A DNA stretch of 64,000 nucleotides. It comes from a virus. The position numbers were made by a program, and so were the translations under genes. Numbering within the stretch: the first letter of the stretch is position 1; every line of letters starts with the position of its first letter. The stretch lies in IMG/VR virus record IMGVR_UViG_3300031963_012969; one strand, given 5' to 3'. The notes beneath the pieces are model-generated. The model was not told where the DNA came from, did not search any database, and saw only the letters and a list, made by a program, of their open reading frames with translations. Below, piece by piece: positions 48,734 to 59,323 of this stretch.

Positions 48734-51037
48734 TTAAATAACCTCCGTTCTCCAATTTATATCTAAAAAACTAATGTCTCCAGGATATGTATCCAAATCC
48801 TCTCCATACGTAGAAACTCTCTCTATCATTACGTATACAACATCTCCTGGTCTTATCTTTTGCTGGGATATGTTGTTTATTTTTCCATATAATACAAATA
48901 ATTCTGTATTTCCATTGTTTGGTATTACGGAAGTTTGCTTAGGGAATTGCTCTCTATCTACTGTATATGCTAGATAATTATTGAACTGAGCTTTCCAGTA
49001 TTTAATGTCAAATGAAACCTCATCACTGGAGTCGTCTATATAATTTAAGTTAAAATTATTCCAGCTGGATCTTGGGGCTATTCCCATCCCCGACGGGAAT
49101 ACGTAATAATTTGCCTTGAATAAAGCATTGTATATATTTGACTGGGATACAGATATTGACCCAAAAATATTAGAAGACAAAAATAATTTAACTCCACTAG
49201 TTTCTGGAGTTATCTGATTGGGTATTTTTATTTTTGCGACTATTTGGCATTTTGCTGTGGCTGGCTGCAAAAATGTAACGCATGGTATAACCCCATTGTG
49301 TAAAGATTCTTTTGCGTTTTTAAGCGACACTATAGATACTTCTCCAGAGGACTGAATAGTGGTACTAGATATTACTACCTTTCCAGTTTCTGAATTATTC
49401 CCCTGTAAATTTTTTATTTCTATACCTTGTCCAGCTATAACCCTGCTAACTAATGGAGACGTAACAAATTTTTGAGTACTCGGATCTATTCTAGCAAAGC
49501 ATTTGTCTGCCTCCGATCCGTCTGTCGTGTTTAGATCTAGCCTTAGGTCTAGAGCCAGGTTTCCAGTAGTAGATTCATTTTTTGTGAAACAATCAAGAAC
49601 TTGTATAGCTGGGGTGAAGCTCTGAAGCGAGAGCACAAGGGGTCTAGCCGTACTTATATTGGCTTTTGAAAAAAATAATTGTATGTGTTTACTTAATGAT
49701 TCATTTGGGTCTGGATCTGTGTCCAGTCTTCTAGCTATGTAGTCGTGAGGCCAGGGAGAATCTGTTTTTTGATCGTTATTATTAAACGTACCTGGTATCC
49801 ATAATAAATCCTGTGGAAAGCATTTAAAGTCTCTTGATTCAATTAAGTCTATTCCGTTATTACTTATAGTTACAGATTCTGTTGGAACAGGAGGCCATAC
49901 AGCGTTAACAATTTTGTTAAATTCTCTTAAATATCTGTATTTTGTCCCAACGGTGTATCTACCATCGAAAACGTTGACATTTGTCCATCCATGTAAATCA
50001 AATGGATGGTAAATACAAAACTTATCGGTTCCGTCAGCAGACATCATTGCTGTGAAATCTTGCTGCAAGCTTTTGTTTAAGTAAACTTCGTCGTGTCTAA
50101 CAAAAGAAATATCTATTCCTGTATTTGGGATTGTTACCCATTTACCGTAGTTGGGAATATCTATTTGCGACACGGATTCAATAGATCCACTTGATGGATC
50201 ATCAAAATCTAATAATGTCCCTCTTGCAAAACTAAAAGCAATCTTGTTGTCTATACTTCTTGTAATATCTATTCTAAATTGTTCACCTATTGACGGGCTA
50301 GATCCATTTCCCTTTATACACATTATGAAAGGTGGAACATCTCCAGCCAACCTGGATGATGAATAAAAATAATCTACATATTTAACTCCATTAATTCCTA
50401 CATAACCAGTCCTAGATATATTTTGGCTGGCAGACGGTTTTGCATCTAGTACGAATTTGTAGTGTATGTGTGACTCAAATATATCTTTCTGCAAAGGCTG
50501 TACAAATGCGTCCTTCTCGGTAAAGAATCCTAATTGAACCAAGGGAGCACCACCAACTGACGTCATCTTTCCTGGCTTTTTTCTGGATAAATAAAATCTT
50601 CCTGGATTGAATTGTTCAGCCGTGTCTTCAAGCATCTGTCGAACATTTGATATTTGAAAATCTTTTATATCATTTATCCAACCATTCATTAAGATAGACC
50701 CAAGTGTTTGGTTTTTATGTACACACAATCCAACCACAAAAGTTCTATCAGAGGCTTTGTATTGATTTGTTTCTGTATCGAATACTCCTTCTGCTATAGC
50801 TTTTTCATACTTCTGACTTTCGTTATTGAAGAAGACCCAGTCGCCAACTTCTACGTCACTTGAGACCCTTACATTTTGTATTACAAGCTTTCCGTTTTGA
50901 GCACTAAAATCATTTAATCTTTCAAAAAGAAAATCAGTTCTTTGCTGTAGTGCCTTAATTGGCCTAGATTCAGTTTCTTGATTTATAGGCTCTCCGTCGA
51001 TTGGAGGCTTAATTAGTGGAACCCATGTATTAGCCAT
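48734..51037 (-). CDS. Tail fibre/baseplate protein
   Basis: N-terminal DGEPIN...RPIKALQQRTDFL, typical of fibre attachment segments. Confidence 0.55.
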   Translation of the reverse strand: MANTWVPLIKPPIDGEPINQETESRPIKALQQRTDFLFERLNDFSAQNGKLVIQNVRVSSDVEVGDWVFFNNESQKYEKAIAEGVFDTETNQYKASDRTFVVGLCVHKNQTLGSILMNGWINDIKDFQISNVRQMLEDTAEQFNPGRFYLSRKKPGKMTSVGGAPLVQLGFFTEKDAFVQPLQKDIFESHIHYKFVLDAKPSASQNISRTGYVGINGVKYVDYFYSSSRLAGDVPPFIMCIKGNGSSPSIGEQFRIDITRSIDNKIAFSFARGTLLDFDDPSSGSIESVSQIDIPNYGKWVTIPNTGIDISFVRHDEVYLNKSLQQDFTAMMSADGTDKFCIYHPFDLHGWTNVNVFDGRYTVGTKYRYLREFNKIVNAVWPPVPTESVTISNNGIDLIESRDFKCFPQDLLWIPGTFNNNDQKTDSPWPHDYIARRLDTDPDPNESLSKHIQLFFSKANISTARPLVLSLQSFTPAIQVLDCFTKNESTTGNLALDLRLDLNTTDGSEADKCFARIDPSTQKFVTSPLVSRVIAGQGIEIKNLQGNNSETGKVVISSTTIQSSGEVSIVSLKNAKESLHNGVIPCVTFLQPATAKCQIVAKIKIPNQITPETSGVKLFLSSNIFGSISVSQSNIYNALFKANYYVFPSGMGIAPRSSWNNFNLNYIDDSSDEVSFDIKYWKAQFNNYLAYTVDREQFPKQTSVIPNNGNTELFVLYGKINNISQQKIRPGDVVYVMIERVSTYGEDLDTYPGDISFLDINWRTEVI

Positions 51038-51054
51038 ATTTTTGTGTGTATTTT

Positions 51055-51690
51055 TTATTTAAAGGCAATAGACCAAAAACAGTCTATGTAACTGTTTTCC
51101 TGTACAGTTATTGGAGAGGATAATGACAGCCTACTAAAAACAATATCTTTGTATTTGTTTGATGGCTCTGGAGAGCTCGCTAATGCAACACCAATTATCT
51201 TTGATGGGCCATTGTCCCCAGAATATGCAAAATAATTTGATGGAGAAGAGTTAGATTCTCCTTGTTGTGTCGGGTGCGAAGCACTAGTAGCAACGAAAGT
51301 CGACATATTTCCATTGTATACATTATTGTGCTCTTCCCCTGGAGAAAAATCATAATAAGTGTCAATCTTAGCTGAAGTTAAAATTGGTATTCTAATCCAG
51401 TCTTCTGTTGTGTTACCAAGTGTTGAAAAAAAATTAATACCGTCAGCTCTACTACTTACGGTGCTTGTTGGCGGATTAATTGATGTGTTAATGTAGTGGT
51501 AATACATATAAGAAATAGAATATCTATTGTCTCCCGCTACTAATCTGGCCATTATGTCTGCGGCACCATACATTATGAGATTTTTTTTATGAAAAATTGG
51601 CGTAAATGAGTTTGTTTTTGAATTCCTGTAACCCATTGTCACCGTACCAATACATGATGGTTCGTAAATTTCTTTTATAGTATTGCGCAT
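51055..51690 (-). CDS. Putative baseplate/tail-collar protein
   Basis: KNLIMYGA...IVFSR...W.I.F pattern; operon position. Confidence 0.45.
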   Translation of the reverse strand: MRNTIKEIYEPSCIGTVTMGYRNSKTNSFTPIFHKKNLIMYGAADIMARLVAGDNRYSISYMYYHYINTSINPPTSTVSSRADGINFFSTLGNTTEDWIRIPILTSAKIDTYYDFSPGEEHNNVYNGNMSTFVATSASHPTQQGESNSSPSNYFAYSGDNGPSKIIGVALASSPEPSNKYKDIVFSRLSLSSPITVQENSYIDCFWSIAFK

Positions 51691-53459
51691 TTTGGTATTT
51701 GTTTAAGCTCTATATTTTGAACTAAATTAGTTGTAGATGAAAGATCGAAATTTTCAAGTAAAAATCCATTCGTAGAAATATCGCTTGAATTAAAATTGTT
51801 TTTATAAAATCTGCCAGCACTCTTGTTTTTGTATATATTTGTCTCTATAGATATTGCCTCTATTGTTTCAGGGGTGTCTAAAAATTTACCCCATTTATCG
51901 AATTCTGGTGTATAATATCCTTGATTTGTTTTGCTTGGAAATTCATCTGTATTTACACTAAGAAGATCATTTAAGTTGACTGATGTTGCTGAGTTTTGCA
52001 ATTCGTCTAGCAACATGTTGTACTCATCAGTATTGCTAAGCTGCAGAAAAAACATTAAAATAACGTTTACAGGAGTATTGTCTTTTATTGGATTAATAGT
52101 AGAGAAAAATATTTCCGTGTCTTTTATTTTAGATAAATCAATCTTTATTGGCAATATGTTGCCCATAAACATATCCTCAGAAAATATTTCCGCTGGATTA
52201 ACTGAAAATTCTAAGTTATTGGAAAAGTCTATTTGAGCATCTTCATAATTTGCATATTTTTTAAATATTTCATATCCATAATTTATTTGACTCTGTTTTG
52301 CTTTCTCAAAAACTCTCTCCCAAAAATTTTTGACTACATCAGGTGATCCTATTAGCTCAAAGAATATTGATGTGGACAATATATTTTGTGTGGAAAGTTT
52401 TTTTCCATATTTCACTTTTATGTATTTATTTGGAAAAGAAACATATGTATCAACGTTTGTGGATGATTTTTTGGGTAAGGGCAAAGAAGAGAAATTCAAC
52501 CACCAATTTTTATTTTTAGTGTCAACAATATCAACTACATTTATTAATGGAGTGCCAGATTTTAGTTTTTTTCCTATCTTTATATCATCAGATATTTTTT
52601 GATTTATTGATAATTTATAAACATTTAAATCTGTTACAATTAACGTTGTTTCATCTGATTCATTTTTGTGTATATCGATAACTGTTTCGACAACCTCTTT
52701 TATTAGCGGACTACCAGATATAATAGATAGATAAGATCTAAGCGCAAACACACTAGGCCCTCTAGAAACCAACTCAAATAATTTTTTAGTTATTTCTTTG
52801 TATTGTTCAGATGATTTATTTAAGTTAGTAAAAGTATATCCAAACTGTTTGTATAGTAAAAATTTATCTACGTTTACGTCGCAAAACCAAAGAATTATTT
52901 CTTCGTCTATTTCAGACATATTACTATCTATTATTTTTCTCTTTGGTATCAATGTGTTTAAAAATGGATCTTCCTTAAATAATATACCGTTTCTATAAAG
53001 AGTAAAATCTACTCCATTCATGTATGTTACAGATGGTTCAAATAATCTATTTAATGCTACTGACCCTAGGCTCACAATATTTGATTTATTCAATTCCACG
53101 AAAAATTTTTTACTCAAGGACGACGCAGTGCCATATCTGATTATGTCACCAGAAGAGTATTTGGATTCATTCGGTTGTATTCCGTAGTATGAACCATCTC
53201 CATATTCTGGAGTGTCTAAATTTTTATAAAAATTATTTTTAGTAATTATTACAGGGAAAACATTTTGCCTAGAAAAAACAGGAACTGTATCTATAGATAT
53301 AGAATTTATTATTTCTAGTAGATCTAAATAATTTTGAATAAGAGTTTCAGAATATACTCCACCAAGAGCGGACCCCAAGTTTCCATTATCAAATATAGAT
53401 GACCAAAATGAACCAAGAAAATCTGAAAAGTTCTTGTTGTATGTTAAATCGTCTTTCAA
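51675..53459 (-). CDS. Putative baseplate wedge protein
   Basis: 594 aa, directly after the baseplate-J-like gene. Confidence 0.5.
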   Translation of the reverse strand: MKDDLTYNKNFSDFLGSFWSSIFDNGNLGSALGGVYSETLIQNYLDLLEIINSISIDTVPVFSRQNVFPVIITKNNFYKNLDTPEYGDGSYYGIQPNESKYSSGDIIRYGTASSLSKKFFVELNKSNIVSLGSVALNRLFEPSVTYMNGVDFTLYRNGILFKEDPFLNTLIPKRKIIDSNMSEIDEEIILWFCDVNVDKFLLYKQFGYTFTNLNKSSEQYKEITKKLFELVSRGPSVFALRSYLSIISGSPLIKEVVETVIDIHKNESDETTLIVTDLNVYKLSINQKISDDIKIGKKLKSGTPLINVVDIVDTKNKNWWLNFSSLPLPKKSSTNVDTYVSFPNKYIKVKYGKKLSTQNILSTSIFFELIGSPDVVKNFWERVFEKAKQSQINYGYEIFKKYANYEDAQIDFSNNLEFSVNPAEIFSEDMFMGNILPIKIDLSKIKDTEIFFSTINPIKDNTPVNVILMFFLQLSNTDEYNMLLDELQNSATSVNLNDLLSVNTDEFPSKTNQGYYTPEFDKWGKFLDTPETIEAISIETNIYKNKSAGRFYKNNFNSSDISTNGFLLENFDLSSTTNLVQNIELKQIPKCAIL

Positions 53460-53462
53460 TTG

Positions 53463-55148
53463 TCAAATTTCTATTAATGTTACTGGTATTCCAGACTTTC
53501 TTGCGAAAAATCCTATATTGTCTCTGGAATACCCTAGAGCGATATTTTTAGGGATGGATAAAACAGATTCAGAAGATATTTTAGTGGTGCTAAAATTAAT
53601 GTCTGGGGCCAGTATCTCTGCCTGTATCATTATAGGTGTATTAACTGATAGAATATTTTTATCTTGCATTATAGATGATATTATTTTGTCTATTCTTATT
53701 TCCTCTTTTCTGGGGTTGATAGAATTTATATAATCTATTATGCGGTTCTGTACTTCATCTGATGTAGTTGACCCCAATTTAGTTCTTACCGTTATCTCCG
53801 AGGTGCTAATAAAACACGGAACACAAGCCTTAACTAACGTATCTATTAAAGCTGATTGTGCGCCTGGTTGATTTACAAATTCTTGTATTCTCTGAATGGA
53901 TGGAAGCATTTCTGCAAATACCGTAACTGACATCGTGTCCGAAAGTTGTCCGGAACCTTCAAATATTATTTCTTGATACGAATAACTTGAATAAGTTGAT
54001 TCTTGAGTAGTAAAAATATAATTATCTACGGTGTTATTATTACTGTACTTGTTAAATTTTCTGCGCACCTCAGTAATATTAAAACTGCTCAATGTAGTTA
54101 ATTCTAACTCTTTAGAAAAAACTCTGGTTATTCTATAGTTTCCTGGTAATTCATTTCTTGATAGCTTTAATAAATATTTTCCTGCGTGCTGAGCAAGTGA
54201 ATTATCTATATTTATAATTGATTGTGTAATTTTTTGCGCGACTAGATTTTGCTCAAAAAATTCTTCAACAAATGAAGAAGTCTTTACGTAAATATCACAA
54301 AAACTTCCAGCTTTTATTCCAAATATGTTGTGTGAGTTTCTAGACATCAGCTCACTGTTTACGCCGTGTATTGATATTTGCTGTATCTCTGGGAAATTGT
54401 CCCTCAATGTTTGTTCAATAGCTAGTGGAGACGCCAAATTTCTTGTGGATAAAGCTGGTATAATTCGGTTTATTACCTCTTCATTTGATTCCTTATTTTG
54501 CCCACCAGAAAACTTAGAAAAAGCGTTTGCAGATATTATGCCGATTCTTTCACTTAAAATATTTAATGTTGTGTACTGTTCTATGTTGTATTGAGATCCG
54601 CTATTTTCGGCAATAAATGGAACAATTACAAATTTTTGTGTATTTGTATTATCTGAGTATATTTTAAGCTGACTAGCTGTAGTTGGGGATGTTGAAGCCG
54701 TAAACGAATTAGACGGATAAAATATTAAATCATTATTAGTTTTAAATTTAACTGATTCATCTATTGAAAATGATTCCGTGAAATTTGTTAAACTTATTTT
54801 TGCAAAACCAGTTGATACGTTGCCCTGTCTTCTCTTTATGTTAAAATTAGATAGTAACCCATCTATAATATTGTCGCTACTGGCACCACCAATAGATAGG
54901 GCGCTGTATACAGTGTTTGTTTTAGAGAATTCTTCTATAAGTTTTTTTAGTATTAAAAATATCTGTGCGAACGGTCTTATAAGAATATCATTTAAGGACG
55001 ACAATTCGGAGAAATCTATATCTTCATAATTGTCTGATATATATTGTCTTATAATACTTTGAGCTGCTATAATTTCTGTCTCCGTAAAAGAAGAGTCATC
55101 TAAGTTTACTCCCTCTACTAAATTAAAGTTTTCGATTGGATCAGCCAT
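53463..55148 (-). CDS. Baseplate J-like wedge protein
   Basis: IKRRQG..STG, AENSGSQYNI and FSGGQNKESNEEVINR motifs. Confidence 0.75.
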   Translation of the reverse strand: MADPIENFNLVEGVNLDDSSFTETEIIAAQSIIRQYISDNYEDIDFSELSSLNDILIRPFAQIFLILKKLIEEFSKTNTVYSALSIGGASSDNIIDGLLSNFNIKRRQGNVSTGFAKISLTNFTESFSIDESVKFKTNNDLIFYPSNSFTASTSPTTASQLKIYSDNTNTQKFVIVPFIAENSGSQYNIEQYTTLNILSERIGIISANAFSKFSGGQNKESNEEVINRIIPALSTRNLASPLAIEQTLRDNFPEIQQISIHGVNSELMSRNSHNIFGIKAGSFCDIYVKTSSFVEEFFEQNLVAQKITQSIINIDNSLAQHAGKYLLKLSRNELPGNYRITRVFSKELELTTLSSFNITEVRRKFNKYSNNNTVDNYIFTTQESTYSSYSYQEIIFEGSGQLSDTMSVTVFAEMLPSIQRIQEFVNQPGAQSALIDTLVKACVPCFISTSEITVRTKLGSTTSDEVQNRIIDYINSINPRKEEIRIDKIISSIMQDKNILSVNTPIMIQAEILAPDINFSTTKISSESVLSIPKNIALGYSRDNIGFFARKSGIPVTLIEI

Positions 55149-55149
55149 A

Positions 55150-55629
55150 TTAAGTTTTTTGCCATTTAACGGGTAAGTGTATATCCGCAGTCTCTCCAGC
55201 TTGTGTATATAATTTTAAGTCTAATATTATTTGCCCTCCGGGCTGTAAAGCATATTCCATTAACTCTACCTTATCTATTTTTTCGTCTATTGGCGTTTGA
55301 TTATTGTATCTTTCTTTTATCCATTTTAAAACCAAAAGATTTTGAGAAGAAAAAATTTGAAGTATTTGTACTGGAAAACTTATGTTACTGGACTTTAATC
55401 CAGAATACAGAGTAGATCCATATAGTGGTTCCTCTTTTCTTTCTCCTATGTCGCTAAGTAAAGTTTTTATATAATTTTGAGACGCTTTTAGTTTTCCTGT
55501 TACAACTAAAGGTATCGGCCTGAGGCTAAGTTTGACAGGTGAATCTCCAGTCTTAGCGGGAAAAAGTGAAAGATCTATTAACCTATTACTATAATTAGAT
55601 GTAATCATATAATTAATTAAATTAATCAC
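55150..55629 (-). CDS. Baseplate gp25/GPW-like protein
   Basis: TGKLKASQNYIKTLLSDIGE...PLYGSTL; upstream of baseplate J. Confidence 0.6.
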   Translation of the reverse strand: MINLINYMITSNYSNRLIDLSLFPAKTGDSPVKLSLRPIPLVVTGKLKASQNYIKTLLSDIGERKEEPLYGSTLYSGLKSSNISFPVQILQIFSSQNLLVLKWIKERYNNQTPIDEKIDKVELMEYALQPGGQIILDLKLYTQAGETADIHLPVKWQKT

Positions 55630-56023
55630 TGTCGTATTCCCACGAATGTATCGCCGAATACGTCTCAGAAGCCAACTTTTGTCTATCTCCAGCTTGTATT
55701 GACTCAGTTTTATAGGCGTTTTTTATATTTGAAAAACCGTCCTCTCCGTAATTTGCATATCTATATCTCATCGCTTTTTCCAGGTGCAAACTATGAAACC
55801 CCTCAAGCTTATACGGCGACCAATCTTTTATCGATACTCCGTTTTGTTTTCTGCTGGCTAAATCGTCTATAATATCATCTCTATCAACTTTATCAAAAAA
55901 ATCATCTATATTTTCCCAAAAAGACTCTATTTTAAATGTGGGCATCATATTCGATTCCCAGGCCATCTTTCTTGAACCTTCCCATGAAGAAAATTTAGAT
56001 GAATATGCGCTTAATGCTTTCAT
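55622..56023 (-). CDS. Hypothetical protein
   Basis: 133-aa ORF in the track. Confidence 0.5.
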   Translation of the reverse strand: MKALSAYSSKFSSWEGSRKMAWESNMMPTFKIESFWENIDDFFDKVDRDDIIDDLASRKQNGVSIKDWSPYKLEGFHSLHLEKAMRYRYANYGEDGFSNIKNAYKTESIQAGDRQKLASETYSAIHSWEYDSD

Positions 56024-56024
56024 T

Positions 56025-56735
56025 TTATATTATTTTTTCTCTAGAGTTAACTCCGTTTAATATTTTTTCAGCGATTTTAGATGATCTAATAGACACTTCT
56101 GACGGATTAATTTTAAGTTTCAAGGCTATTTCATCATTAGACATAATATGATTGCCGTTTCTTCCGAGTTTATAGTCTAATATTTTTTTTCCAAAACTAT
56201 CTAAATCGTTGTAAACATACTCAGTCCATAGGTTCAACCTATTAGATTCTTCATCTTCTTCTGTCTCTACTCCACCAACTAATTGGCTTTCTGGTATTTC
56301 ATATTTAACTCCTAGATTTAATTTAGTTAAAGTTTTTTTATTTATTCCCAGGCCGTCCATTATCTCTGAGTCATCTGGATCTCTTCCATTTTCTTGAGAG
56401 AAATCGTTTATAAAATTAATATATTTACTTGTTTCATCGCTAGAGTGCCTAGACAATGGAGACACCTCAGTCATATTTTTTGCGTCTCTATTAAGTGGCC
56501 TAAGATAATTATATACATGAGTAGAGAGCTTAGCACCCTCTGATGGAGAATATGTTTTTATGGCCTGTGAGACGAGTATCTTTGCTCTACTTTTCAACAA
56601 AGTTGGATTAATTGATTTTTGCTGTCCTACGCTAGTGTTTATTAATCCATCAAATGACTTAACAGTCTTTAAAAGATTTTGCGGTGTGGGATTTTTTTTC
56701 CACTCCTGCCAATATTTATCTGGGTCTTGATCCAT
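56025..56735 (-). CDS. Sigma-70-family (FliA/SigF-like) sigma factor
   Basis: Region 2 AIKTYSPSEGAKLSTHVYNYL, region 3 GRDPDDSEIMDGLG, region 4 HTH MSNDEIALKLKINPSEVS. Confidence 0.7.
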   Translation of the reverse strand: MDQDPDKYWQEWKKNPTPQNLLKTVKSFDGLINTSVGQQKSINPTLLKSRAKILVSQAIKTYSPSEGAKLSTHVYNYLRPLNRDAKNMTEVSPLSRHSSDETSKYINFINDFSQENGRDPDDSEIMDGLGINKKTLTKLNLGVKYEIPESQLVGGVETEEDEESNRLNLWTEYVYNDLDSFGKKILDYKLGRNGNHIMSNDEIALKLKINPSEVSIRSSKIAEKILNGVNSREKII

Positions 56736-56739
56736 AAAG

Positions 56740-58116
56740 TTAATCCCATTTTATCATTTTAGCACCAGGAAATAAAGGATGATTGGCTAATTTTTTAATC
56801 CCAGCTGATTTTTCAACGCATGCCTGAAAAGAGAATATTGTAGTCCACGACTCGACATCTAATATGTGCTCTACTTTGTAGCAATATCCATCAAATTCTT
56901 CCTCAAATATATCTACTGGTTTTCCATCAAAATTTTTGACTCCTGAAGCCGGTATGAAAGTAGCACAAGTACCAGGAACAGCAGAAATACAAATTGGCGT
57001 AATGATATTAAAAGTTCTAGTTTTGTGTGCTTCACGATGCAATATAGCTTCAGCTAAATTATCCATTCCTTTTTTAGCTAATTTTGAGCTACTTTTTTTA
57101 TCTATGTCCGCACACCATCCAGGAGCGGACACAAGCATAGAACCTCTTGTTCCTGGATTATTGTCCACTGCTTGAGCCACTTGGCACTTTGATGGCTTAT
57201 TTTGTATAGAAGATAGCGAAACCGGATTCATGATAATACATTCCTTTGGGGATCTTTTTATTTGGGAACTTCTATCCATTTTTTGTATTATCTCTGATTG
57301 TATCGAATTTTCAGACGATTTGACTCCGCAAAAATTAGGAGTCATTATAACTCTTCCATCTGGCATACACACTAGAGTTGCATCGAAAGACCCAATTATT
57401 ATTGATAATACGTCCCATAAATCGCTAGATATATGAGATCTCTCTAGTATATTTGAAATAAATTTATTTGTTTTGTCTTGTATCCCAGCTGTAGAAAACA
57501 ATTTTCCCATGTCTTCTGATTGTGACGCAATAAATGATAGCATTGATATTGCCTTAGCCTTTTCTCCTGCTCTACTATCTGGAATTTGAGTTGTTTGAAC
57601 GGAATTTAACCAATTTATGATCCCGTCACAAATAGCCTTTGGAAATGGCTTATCTAAATCAAAAGATTGATATGCTCCGCTTTCTTCAGCTTTAAGTGAT
57701 TTTTTCTTCCTGTATAAAATTGTCTCCATTTCCGCATTCCCGGATTTAGTTACACCAGGAACAACACTTGACGTTTCTTGTAGATCTCTGGCCTTGTGAA
57801 TTATATCAACTCCAGCGCTAATATTGCCACTCATGTTTGAAAAATTTACACCACTTAAGTACCCCTTAAATAAAGTTCCGCTACCTGGCGTATTGGATAT
57901 TTTTATTTCTAGCTCTTGATCTGGTGAAGAATATTTAGAAACATCTTCGGGTTTTATCAACACAGTGGCGGAAGGTATTTCCCCGACCTGATTTACTACT
58001 CTAGCTTGCACAACCCTATCACCATTCATGGTGACCTCTGGTTTTACTATGTTGTCTATAAAAGCGCAGTATTTTATTGCCATTTTAATGAGATAGCGTA
58101 AGCAAGCAGTAAACAC
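56740..58116 (-). CDS. Putative baseplate hub (gp27/gpD-like) protein
   Basis: EIPSATV...LFKGY...GYCYKVEH.L pattern; position after the tape-measure-like gene. Confidence 0.45.
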   Translation of the reverse strand: MFTACLRYLIKMAIKYCAFIDNIVKPEVTMNGDRVVQARVVNQVGEIPSATVLIKPEDVSKYSSPDQELEIKISNTPGSGTLFKGYLSGVNFSNMSGNISAGVDIIHKARDLQETSSVVPGVTKSGNAEMETILYRKKKSLKAEESGAYQSFDLDKPFPKAICDGIINWLNSVQTTQIPDSRAGEKAKAISMLSFIASQSEDMGKLFSTAGIQDKTNKFISNILERSHISSDLWDVLSIIIGSFDATLVCMPDGRVIMTPNFCGVKSSENSIQSEIIQKMDRSSQIKRSPKECIIMNPVSLSSIQNKPSKCQVAQAVDNNPGTRGSMLVSAPGWCADIDKKSSSKLAKKGMDNLAEAILHREAHKTRTFNIITPICISAVPGTCATFIPASGVKNFDGKPVDIFEEEFDGYCYKVEHILDVESWTTIFSFQACVEKSAGIKKLANHPLFPGAKMIKWD

Positions 58117-58835
58117 AATACTTTTTTGTATGATCTATCTGTTTTTGAGTATATATCAAAAACATCTTCGTACGCTTTTTTGTTTAACCATATCAATTCT
58201 TCTATTCCTGGTATTTGATAAACGTTGTCTATTAAATTATTTACATTAAAAAAATATGGATACATTAATTTAATATTCATCTGGTTAAACGGTATATGCG
58301 AACAATTTAAAAAACCTATTCTTAGTCTGGTATCCGGTATATACAGAAAATTAGATATATTTCCCCTAAAAGTAAAAATAATTTGCTGGTCTCTTGTGTT
58401 GCTTTTATTGTCCACTAAATAAGACACAGACAGAATATTATTTGTTTTTTTTGTTAACGATATTCTCTTGTTGTATATCCCATCCTGTGGGTAGTTTTGA
58501 TTATCTGATTTAATTAAAACTCTATCGTCATAAAAACTCTGTTTAATTGTAGGCAAAAAATTGTTACTTAAATCGTTTTTATCTGGTATTCGCCTTGAAT
58601 CAAAATTACGTAAAGCAATTTTAGACAAATCTAAGTCGTTGTATATTGCGTCTACCATTAAATTAGACCTCCAAATCTGTACCTCCGGTTCTATTTCGTT
58701 ATTTCCTATTAATAAACAATTTCTAAATGAAGAGAAAGTTTCACTCAATAATATCGGAGAATAATCTTTATCTATGTACGCGTACCTTGAGAACGCCATG
58801 TCATTTAATAAGTATGTCCTAATTTCTTCCACCAT
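58074..58835 (-). CDS. Hypothetical tail-region protein
   Basis: 253-aa ORF in the track. Confidence 0.5.
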   Translation of the reverse strand: MVEEIRTYLLNDMAFSRYAYIDKDYSPILLSETFSSFRNCLLIGNNEIEPEVQIWRSNLMVDAIYNDLDLSKIALRNFDSRRIPDKNDLSNNFLPTIKQSFYDDRVLIKSDNQNYPQDGIYNKRISLTKKTNNILSVSYLVDNKSNTRDQQIIFTFRGNISNFLYIPDTRLRIGFLNCSHIPFNQMNIKLMYPYFFNVNNLIDNVYQIPGIEELIWLNKKAYEDVFDIYSKTDRSYKKVLCLLLAYAISLKWQ

Positions 58836-58839
58836 TTTA

Positions 58840-59289
58840 TTATGTTGTTTTAATTATTGAAAAATCTAAGCTAAATTGTCCAAAATTGAATTGAGTCATT
58901 TGTAAGTCTAATGTTTCTTTTTCCAAATATCCAATCCACGAAGCACCACCTATCGACAAAGTACATGGCCCACCTTTAGTATATACATTATTTTCGTCAT
59001 AGTATTTATCTATATTAGCTACACCGTGTCCAGTTGGAGAAGTGCATTGCATTAAAAAAATGTATCCACTTACTCGTATTGCACCAACCCCTTCTCCCCA
59101 GGCGTATCCAAAAGTTTTATCATCAAGAGTTTTTACATACTGTGTAACTTGGTTTCTGGCTATTGCTATATTAGACACAACAAGAATCTCCCCCTCCCCA
59201 GATATACTTGGGCTAAGGTTAGCAATTACAATTCTTTTGTCTTCACTTTTTATTATGTGACCTCTTTGTGCTACTAATATATCTGCCAT
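58840..59289 (-). CDS. Hypothetical tail-region protein (possible tube-initiator fold)
   Basis: 149 aa, beta-rich; follows the large tail protein. Confidence 0.45.
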   Translation of the reverse strand: MADILVAQRGHIIKSEDKRIVIANLSPSISGEGEILVVSNIAIARNQVTQYVKTLDDKTFGYAWGEGVGAIRVSGYIFLMQCTSPTGHGVANIDKYYDENNVYTKGGPCTLSIGGASWIGYLEKETLDLQMTQFNFGQFSLDFSIIKTT

Positions 59290-59323
59290 ATTTTATAATT
59301 TTGTATTTAATTGATATTATACA

